DNA of 16,274 bases from assembly GCA_042216015.1 (NCBI GenBank), contig JBDGUI010000047.1:1-16274 (forward strand), read 5' to 3'. Below are positions 8,605-15,458 of the stretch, piece by piece (position 1 is the first letter of the stretch; every line of letters begins with the position of its first letter). The notes below the pieces were generated by a model. It was not told the origin of the DNA and made no database searches. It saw only the letters and a list, made by a program, of their open reading frames with translations. This DNA is from Halodesulfurarchaeum sp. (GTDB lineage Archaea; Halobacteriota; Halobacteria; Halobacteriales; Halobacteriaceae). The translations under genes and the position numbers were made by a program.

Positions 8605-8889
8605 TCAGTCGATGTGCCCTTCGCGTCGCAGCTGTTCGGCGTCCGCACTCTTGTACCGCCACTCGATGTCTCCCTTCTCGTCCTGCCAGTCCCACGGGTC
8701 GATGAGGACGACGTCGCCCTTCTCGATCCAGGTGCGATACTTCATCCGACCGGGAATACGTCCGAGGCGGGTCTCGCCGTCCGCACACCGGACGCGAACG
8801 TGATTTCCACCCAGGTGTTGCTCGATGACGCCGAACTGCTCGGACCCCGAGGGCATGCGGAGGTCCTTCCGTTCTCGTTGTTCTGTCAC
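8605..8889 (-). CDS. eif1a: Translation initiation factor aIF-1A (eIF-1A)
   Basis: From GTG at 8889: MTEQRERKDLRMP…HLGGNHVRVRCADGETRLGRIPGRMKYRTWIEKGDVVLIDPWDWQDEKGDIEWRY. A TTTATC box lies ~25-30 nt upstream. The long N-terminal extension in the ORF track is spurious. Confidence 0.96.
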   Translation of the reverse strand: MTEQRERKDLRMPSGSEQFGVIEQHLGGNHVRVRCADGETRLGRIPGRMKYRTWIEKGDVVLIDPWDWQDEKGDIEWRYKSADAEQLRREGHID

Positions 8890-8982
8890 GTCGATAAATT
8901 TGGGCTGGAGCGGGATAAACGCAGTTGAAGCCGTGGTACCAACGCCCAGAGTGATTTTCTCGCCGGAGCCCGACCGGCAGGG

Positions 8983-10097
8983 ATGGATCCAGTCGCCGTC
9001 ATCGGGGGTGGCGTGATCGGGACGGCCGTGACGAGGGCACTCGCCGAACGGGACGTGCCGGTCACGCTCTCCGAGCGGGACGCCCTGGGTGGGGGGGACC
9101 ACCGTGACGTCCATGGCCATCTTCTTCTGGCACCAGGACGACCCGGGCGTGCCCGAACACCGTCTCCGTGAACGGGCCTGGGAGACCTCCGAGCCGCTCA
9201 TCGAGGGCGGAACTCTCGAGTTCACGCAGGTGGGCACGCTCGAGACGGCCCCGGACCTGACCGACGTCCCGGCGGTCCGATCGGTCTGGCAGGGGCTCTC
9301 GAATCTCGGGGTGGCCGTCGAGTGGCTCGAGGGCCCGGAACTCGAGGCGAAGGGACTCGATCCGGCGGCCTTCGAGGGTGGGCTCTTCGTGCCGGCAGCC
9401 GGCTTTCACGACCCCGGAGCGATCATCCAGGCGTTCGTCGACCGGGCGAGGGAGGGGCCGGCGACCATCGAGACCGGCGTCGAGGTCACCGACGTTCACC
9501 CCGAAGACGGGGCCGTGACGGGCGTCGAGACCACGGATGGGAGCCGGCCCGCGAGCGCGGTCGTGAACGCCGCCGGCCCCTGGGCGCCCGCGATCAACGA
9601 CCTCGCCGGGGTCGACCAGCCGCTCAGGTACACCCGTGGGCCGATCGTGGTCCTCTCCCGGGTGGGGGGGGGGGCGGAGTTCTCCCTCCCCTTCATGATC
9701 CTCCACCACGAGCTGTACTTCCGGAAGGACGGCCGCCAACAGGCCGTCGGCGGCCGCTTCGATACGAGCGACGAGACGGCCGAGACGCTCGACGTCGACG
9801 CGAATCACGCGGTCGAGCAGTCCTGCTATCTCGACATCGCCGACGAGAGCGAGGCCGCCGTCCCACGATTGGGCGACGCCCAGCTCGTCAACGACTGGGT
9901 CGGCTTCCGAACGATCACGCCGGACGGCCGCTCGTTCGTCGGCGAAACCGAGCTCGGGGGCTTCTACACGGCGGTGGGGATGTCGGGCTACGGGGTGACG
10001 GGCCCCGGCGATCGCGTCGATCCTCGCGGACCGGATCGCCGGGGAATCCGTCGAGGAGGACCTCGCCGGCTGGATCGCGCCGGATCGGGTCGACTGA
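8983..10097 (+). pseudogene. FAD-dependent oxidoreductase (DAO / sarcosine oxidase beta family) with two frameshifts
   Basis: VAVIGGGVIG is in the 8983 frame. One extra G in the G7 run at 9091-9097 shifts to the 9089 frame (GGTT…VVNAAGPWA…WVGFRTITPDG…GMSGYGVT). A second shift at ~10000 gives APAIASILADRIAGESVEEDLAGWIAPDRVD* with the stop at 10095-10097. Confidence 0.9.
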
Positions 10098-10100
10098 CTC

Positions 10101-10766
10101 TCACCCAGCGGCCTCCACGATGGCCGGGAGGTCGGCGAGCGTCTCGATCTCGTGGGTCGGGGGGACCTCGAGTTCCATCCCGGCCCGGTGGGCCCGCCGC
10201 AGGAAGACCGAATCGATTCCGGCGGCCGCGGCGGCCTGGACGTCCGACTCGCTGTCGCCGACGAACAGCGGGTTCCGCGCGCCGAGTTCCCCGATGGCGA
10301 GGTCGAGATAGTGCGGGTCGGGTTTCTTCCGGGCGAGGCTTCTGGGGTGCATCTCCCGGCCGTGGACCGCGTCGAAGCGCTCGCCGATCCCGTGTTGCTC
10401 GAGGATCGTCTCGACGGTGCGATACTGATTCGAACTCACGATCCCGAGGGGGCGATCGATCCGCGAGAGGGCCTCGACGTCGGGATAGAGCGGCTTGCGA
10501 CCGGCCCGGATCTCCCGCTCCTGCACGAGGGAGGAGCGCAGGTCCCGCCGGTACCAGAGCGCGGTCGGGGAGAGTCCGTAGCGCCCCGCGACCGACCGCA
10601 GGATCTCCGGGGTGACGCCGTACACGAGGCGCTCGACGTCGGCCGGGTCGGGGTCGACGACGCCCATGTCACCGAAGGCGTCCGCGACGGCCCGCTCCAT
10701 GACCGAGGCGTCCGTCAGGGCGGTGAGCACGCCGTCGTTGTCGAGAATCACCGCGTCGTAGGTCAT
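10101..10766 (-). CDS. HAD-superfamily hydrolase (phosphoglycolate phosphatase-like)
   Basis: Motif I DNDGVL, motif II IVSSN, motif III KPDP, motif IV FVGDSESD. Confidence 0.94.
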   Translation of the reverse strand: MTYDAVILDNDGVLTALTDASVMERAVADAFGDMGVVDPDPADVERLVYGVTPEILRSVAGRYGLSPTALWYRRDLRSSLVQEREIRAGRKPLYPDVEALSRIDRPLGIVSSNQYRTVETILEQHGIGERFDAVHGREMHPRSLARKKPDPHYLDLAIGELGARNPLFVGDSESDVQAAAAAGIDSVFLRRAHRAGMELEVPPTHEIETLADLPAIVEAAG

Positions 10767-10820
10767 CTCGGGGGTGTAGCGGCCGCCCGGGGAAAACGGT
10801 TTCGTGCCCCTTTGCCCGGC

Positions 10821-11141
10821 TCAGGCGTATTCCCGCCACCGGGCCCCACATTCCGTGCACTTGAAAAACCGCGTCGGAGGTTCGTCCGCCGAGCCGGTCT
10901 GTTTGATGGTGTACCACGCCTCGTCGTTCCCGCACTCCGGGCACTCGATTTCGGCGGTGGGCTTGCCCTCGAAGTTCGTCCCCTCCTCGGTCTCGATCAC
11001 GTCGCTCTCGTCCTGTTCCTGGGTGAAGACGGAGGCCGCCCTCACGCGATCCTCCGTCGGCTCCGTGTGGTCACACTGCGAACAGACCATCACGTCGCTC
11101 TCGGCGTGCATCATCGATCCGCACTCGGGACAGAACTGCAT
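10821..11141 (-). CDS. tfs: Transcription factor S (TFS / RpoM family)
   Basis: MQFCPECGSMM…CSQC N-terminal Zn ribbon and C-terminal CPECG…QTGSADEPPTRFFKCTECG with the acidic DE pair intact. Start at ATG 11141, with a TTTTGG box upstream. Confidence 0.95.
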   Translation of the reverse strand: MQFCPECGSMMHAESDVMVCSQCDHTEPTEDRVRAASVFTQEQDESDVIETEEGTNFEGKPTAEIECPECGNDEAWYTIKQTGSADEPPTRFFKCTECGARWREYA

Positions 11142-11177
11142 ACTGCATGCAGCGTGGCCGGGCCCCAAAAGTGTCTC

Positions 11178-11744
11178 TCACTCCCCGCGATCCGGCCGGG
11201 TCTTCTCGCCGTCGGGGCCGACCATCGGGCACGCCGACACCCGAACGTGGTCCACGTCGACGAGTTCGTGGATCGTGGTCCCCTCGTGGGTGCACTCGAG
11301 GATCGGTGGGGACTGGAGGTATCGGCAGCGCTCACAGATCCGCTTCGAGATGACCTGGGTCCTCCCCTCGGGGCCCGCCTCGGTCTCGGTCGCCTCGAAC
11401 TGGCCCTCGGGATCCGTGTCCTCCATGAGGAGGTCCGCCCAGACGCCGTCCGTGTCGACCGGTTCGACGGTCTCCTCCATGAAGGCGTCCTCGGCGGCGT
11501 CCCGCTCCCGATCGGGATCGTCTCGCGCTCGCCGGTCGACCGCGTCTCTGAGTCCGGAGAGCGGCGCCGAGTCGGGGTCACCCGTCTCCGTGGAGTCATC
11601 CCCCTCGGTCGCCTTCTTCCCCTCGCTCGCGTCGGTGCCCTCGTCCGCCCGATCGAGTCCCTCTGCGTCCTCGCCCTGGAGGTCTGCACGCAGGTCCGAG
11701 AGCGGAATCGATTCCGGCTCGCCATCCTCGTCGGTCACGCTCAC
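11178..11744 (-). CDS. Acidic, largely disordered hypothetical protein with a C-terminal Cys-rich metal-binding domain
   Basis: C-terminus ICERCRYLQSPPILECTHEGTTIHELVDVDHVRVSACPMV (CxxC…CxH…C). Its GTG start overlaps the upstream stop (GTGA). Confidence 0.85.
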   Translation of the reverse strand: MSVTDEDGEPESIPLSDLRADLQGEDAEGLDRADEGTDASEGKKATEGDDSTETGDPDSAPLSGLRDAVDRRARDDPDRERDAAEDAFMEETVEPVDTDGVWADLLMEDTDPEGQFEATETEAGPEGRTQVISKRICERCRYLQSPPILECTHEGTTIHELVDVDHVRVSACPMVGPDGEKTRPDRGE

Positions 11745-12448
11745 TCACCCCCCTCGCGGCGGAGATCGACGAAGTCGAACGGGGAGTCCGTCTCGGTCCC
11801 CTCCCCCGCCGTGGCTTCCCGCTTTTGCCCCAGGTTCTTCAGATCCGGTCGGGCCCCCGTGGTCTCGCCCTCGAGGGCGGGCCGCTCGCCCGTCTCGAGG
11901 ATCGAGGTCCCGAAGAAGCCCGGGTTGGCGTCGAGCGTGTGGAAATTCTCCGAACAGCTCGGACACTCCGCCTCGCTGAGGAGCGAGACGTCGATCTTCG
12001 AGTTGCAGGACTCACACTTGGCCGTCCTGACCCCCCGTCTCGCCGCGGTCTCCTTGAGGTGGTCCGCCCGGGCGCGCCCCCGTTCCCGCTCGGCGACGGT
12101 GTCCATCAGCCGGCGCATCGACCGAACCGCCTCGCCGATGGTGTGCACGTCCTCCTCGAGGTCGGCCGTTCGATCCAGCAGGGCCTCGAGGATCTCCTCG
12201 AAGTTCTCGAACCCGCCCTCGAGTCGCGAATCGGTCCGCTCGAGTTCCTCCCGGGTCGTCTCCAGGGCCGATTCGAGGTCGGCGAGTCGCCCCTCGAGTT
12301 CCCCGTGTTCGTGGTCGGCCGGGGCCTTCCCGTCGGCCTCCCGCTTGACCTGGATGACCCGCTCTCTGACGTCCGCGATGTCGGCGTCGAGTCGCTCCTC
12401 GAGTTCGTCGAGTTTGGACTGGACGTCCTGAAATTCCTCTTCGGCCAT
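11741..12448 (-). CDS. Coiled-coil protein with a C-terminal Zn ribbon (CxxC…CxxC)
   Basis: Real coding starts at ATG 12448 (MAEEEFQDVQSKLDELEERL…DVRERVIQVKREADGKAPADHEH). A long heptad region is followed by CESC…CPSC…GFFGTSILETG. The upstream ~510 aa of the 744-aa track ORF is off-frame text. Confidence 0.88.
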   Translation of the reverse strand: MAEEEFQDVQSKLDELEERLDADIADVRERVIQVKREADGKAPADHEHGELEGRLADLESALETTREELERTDSRLEGGFENFEEILEALLDRTADLEEDVHTIGEAVRSMRRLMDTVAERERGRARADHLKETAARRGVRTAKCESCNSKIDVSLLSEAECPSCSENFHTLDANPGFFGTSILETGERPALEGETTGARPDLKNLGQKREATAGEGTETDSPFDFVDLRREGGE

Positions 12449-12678
12449 CAGTGATCCGCGGGCGTCGAACGCGTTTCGGGCCGCTCCGAGCGATGCGTGA
12501 GCCCCCGTACCCGGCGGACCCGGTCGACGCCTGACCCGGGCGACGGGGGTGGCACGGGGGCGTCCGTTTCGATCGCGGGCCCCATCCCGGGCCGCCGTCG
12601 GCACTCCGCCGGCGGGCGTCGTGGACGCGGGGGTGGGGCCAGCATCATCCTTCCGTGTGGGAAAAGGGGAGTCACGCG

Positions 12679-12685
12679 TATAAAA
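12679..12685 (-). promoter_or_regulatory. TATA box (TTTTATA on the minus strand) for the coiled-coil / Zn-finger transcription unit
   Basis: Close match to the haloarchaeal TATA consensus, just downstream of the ATPase stop in an otherwise very GC-rich stretch. Confidence 0.65.
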
Positions 12686-12708
12686 CTGATTCCCAACGCC
12701 GTGGGGCC

Positions 12709-13545
12709 TCAGCGGATCTTCCTGACGTTCGAGACGTCGAATCCCGCGTCGTGGATCTCCGTCTCGAAGCGGATGATGTCCTCCTCCTCGAGCTGGGAGA
12801 GCACCCCCCTGAACTCCGGGACGTACATCGTTCGCACCCGCTCGTTGCCGCCGGTCTCCCACTCGAACTGGATCGTGCCGTCGACGGCCGTCATCAGGTT
12901 GCCGAGCTCCTGGTCGGTGACGGCGTCCTTCGTGAGGAGGAGCAGGATCAGGCTCCCCCACTCCCGGGCGGCACGTCGGAGTCCCTTGAGGGTGAGCACC
13001 AGGTCGGCGATGGAGTGGTGACGACCGCGTGCGGCCAGCAGATCGGTGAGCGAATCGATCAGGATGAGCCCCCCTTTCGCGTGGGTGTCGAGGTAGTCCG
13101 CGGTCGCCGTGAGGACGCCGCGACGGCTCGAGTCCGAGCCGAGGTCCGTGATGGAGCGGTGGGAGGGCCCATACCAGTCCCGGGGAACCGGACTGAGCTG
13201 GAAGTACTCCCCCGAGAGGTCCTCGAAGGTGACCGGGTCGAGCCCCGCGGTCACGAGCTGGTCGTCCATCGTGTACTCGATCTCCGTCGAGAGGGTGCGC
13301 TCGTCGGCCGTGTAGGAGAGATAGTGGATCGACTCGGGGGGCTCTGCGGCCCCGGAGAGCTCGCCGTAGTGGAGATCGAAGAGTTCCGGGTCGGTCCCCT
13401 CGAGGCCGTTCATCACCGCACTCGTGTAGAGGAACTCCCGGGCGCCGGCCCCGCTCTCCCCCGCGAGCAACACCACGCTTCCGGCGGGGGATCCGCCCCC
13501 GATCCGCGAGTCGAGTCGCGCGATCCCGAAGGGGATTCGGCCCAT
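12709..13545 (-). CDS. KaiC/RAD55-like RecA-superfamily ATPase (single domain) with degenerate Walker A
   Basis: RIPFGIARLDSRIGGGSPAGSVVLLAGESGAGAREF, Walker B LILIDSLTDL, then AVDGTIQF and a C-terminal FRG…FETEIHDAGFDVSNVRKIR. Confidence 0.92.
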   Translation of the reverse strand: MGRIPFGIARLDSRIGGGSPAGSVVLLAGESGAGAREFLYTSAVMNGLEGTDPELFDLHYGELSGAAEPPESIHYLSYTADERTLSTEIEYTMDDQLVTAGLDPVTFEDLSGEYFQLSPVPRDWYGPSHRSITDLGSDSSRRGVLTATADYLDTHAKGGLILIDSLTDLLAARGRHHSIADLVLTLKGLRRAAREWGSLILLLLTKDAVTDQELGNLMTAVDGTIQFEWETGGNERVRTMYVPEFRGVLSQLEEEDIIRFETEIHDAGFDVSNVRKIR

Positions 13546-13651
13546 ACCGACCCCACTCGGGGCTGGCGTTTACGCGTTTCGCCGCCCGGGGGAAACGGCT
13601 AAATAGGATGCGGGTATTTACCATGGTACGGGATAGCAACCCACGATACCC

Positions 13652-13942
13652 ATGCCAACCTACATCCGACTCACCGAACTGACCCCGGAGGGATTCGAGG
13701 AGATCGAAGAAAGCGCAACCCGCACCGAGCAGATGAAAGCGATGGCAAACGAGATGGGCGGCTCCATCGAGGACGTCTTTCTCACCCTGGGCGAGTACGA
13801 CTTCATCACCATCGCGGAGTTCCCCAACGACCAGATGTACACCCAGTTCGCCCTCAGGTTCGCGGAGAAGGGGGTGGCGGACACGGTGACGCTCAAGGCC
13901 CTCGAGGAGGACGAATACGTCAGCGTGATCCAGAGCCTGTGA
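13652..13942 (+). CDS. GYD domain protein
   Basis: MPTYIRL…TPEG…MGGSIEDVFLTLGEYDFITIAEFPND…G…TVTLKA. A TATTTA box lies at ~13616. Confidence 0.9.
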   Translation: MPTYIRLTELTPEGFEEIEESATRTEQMKAMANEMGGSIEDVFLTLGEYDFITIAEFPNDQMYTQFALRFAEKGVADTVTLKALEEDEYVSVIQSL

Positions 13943-14222
13943 GTCGGGGGCGGGATCGCCACGAGATGGGGCCATCGTCAGGGTGGTCCCCGCACCGAGG
14001 GGTCGTCCCCGGGGCCGCCGTGCCCGGTGAGCCCTGCGCTGGCTCCGAATTCAGGTCCCGGTCGGTCGGGAGGGAAACCCCCTCCTTTATCTCCCCGCGG
14101 CAGATACTGGTTCCTACCGGCGGATAGATGCATGATACACCAAGTCACATCATACCACAGTGACGTCCCATCGGAATGGAGTACCCCTCTGTCGCCCCTC
14201 CCTGTCAAAACACCGTAGAGGA

Positions 14223-14510
14223 ATGAGACTTGCAGAACCCACCGACTTCCAGATTCTGGAGGCTCTCTCCGACGGGCGGCGAAACACGGCGGCCAACCTC
14301 TCCTACGTCCTCGACAAGGACCGCTCGTACATCAACACCAGGCTCCCCATCCTCGCGGATTACGACCTGGTCGAGCGGGTCGGCCCGGCCCCGAACAGCG
14401 GGCTCTACGAGATCACCGAACGCGGGCGGACGGTGATCGACATCCGACAGTCCGCTGCGGGACCGGACGTGGACTTCGACGCGCGACTCGCCGAGCGGAT
14501 GGAGGGATAG
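14223..14510 (+). CDS. Winged-helix transcriptional regulator (haloarchaeal phiH1-repressor-like)
   Basis: PTDFQILEALSDGRRNTAANLSYVLDKDRSYINTRLPILADYDLVERVGPAPNSGLYEITERG. Start at ATG 14223. Confidence 0.9.
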   Translation: MRLAEPTDFQILEALSDGRRNTAANLSYVLDKDRSYINTRLPILADYDLVERVGPAPNSGLYEITERGRTVIDIRQSAAGPDVDFDARLAERMEG

Positions 14511-15458
14511 GGGCCGCGGGCCGGTCGGGGGGTGGCCGGCACCAGATTTCGGGATGGCCCGCGAACGGGTCGGCTACGGCCCGACGAGGACGCCGAGAAC
14601 TCGGTGTGGAAGGCGGTCGAACACTCCCACCGCGGGGCGCCCGCGGTGGGTCGTGTCGTCCGCGACCGCTTCTCGACGGACGAGGGCCTCGTGCATCGTC
14701 GCAGCCGTCGACGGGCAGATCACCGCGGGCAGCCCCGAACTGCGCTTCAGCGGGTTCGCGGCCGGCTTTGGGAGCAAGGGTGGTCGTCGATCCACTCACC
14801 CACCGACTCGAACGCGGCTGGGCCAGCCTCGTCGGCGATGTCCTGAAGTGGTCCGGGACGGCCCGAACGGTGGGCCGGGACCGTCGCTTCGGGCGTCCGG
14901 ATTCCCGTGGCTTGCCGGGGGGATCCCCCCGCACAATCGACCGATCTCCCATCCTGCGCCCGTGCCGGAATTTCAACGGTGACCAGTACGTTGTACCCGG
15001 CTTCGCCGGCGCAGGCCCTCCTCACCACCCAATCTCTCGGGAAGCCCATCGGCTCGTGATCGAGCGAGGGGGGATCGACTCCCGGGTCCCAACGCTCGTC
15101 GGGTGGGGACTGGCCCGTCTCCATCGATGGCCGCAACGAGCGTCGCTCATCGAGTGCTGCATCCCGACTCCTCGAGCCGTGACCGACACCGCGGTCTCGA
15201 GCCGTCCATCGCCCGTTCGGGTCCTTCAGCACCCGAATTTCCCGGTCCGGGTCGTCCGTCCCGGGTCGGCCCGTGCCGGATGGATCGATCCGTCACCGCG
15301 AGGCAAACCCCCTCGGGAGGCCATTCCACCTCGACGGGCCGTTCTCGCCACGGACCAGTCCGCCACCTCCCGATCGAGCACCCGAGTCCCGAACGGGTGC
15401 ATCTCCCTCATCATGGCCGAGCGGCTGCCCGCCGTCCTCGAGCGGCTCCAAGCCGGTC

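Noticed and set aside
1914..12431. Long antisense or alternate-frame ORFs (e.g. 1914-3725, 6460-8331, 10152-12431, 3533-4723)
   Set aside because: These are shadow frames of recognised genes, rich in Arg/Gly/Pro or Ser. They are expected when stop codons are rare in high-GC DNA.
11741..13975. 744-aa minus-strand ORF as one large protein
   Set aside because: Only the last 235 aa (from ATG 12448) look coding. The rest is antisense to the GYD gene and off-frame to the ATPase.
14511..15458. Cobalamin riboswitch associated with cobT
   Set aside because: The region is downstream of cobT, not upstream, and no B12-box consensus was recognised.
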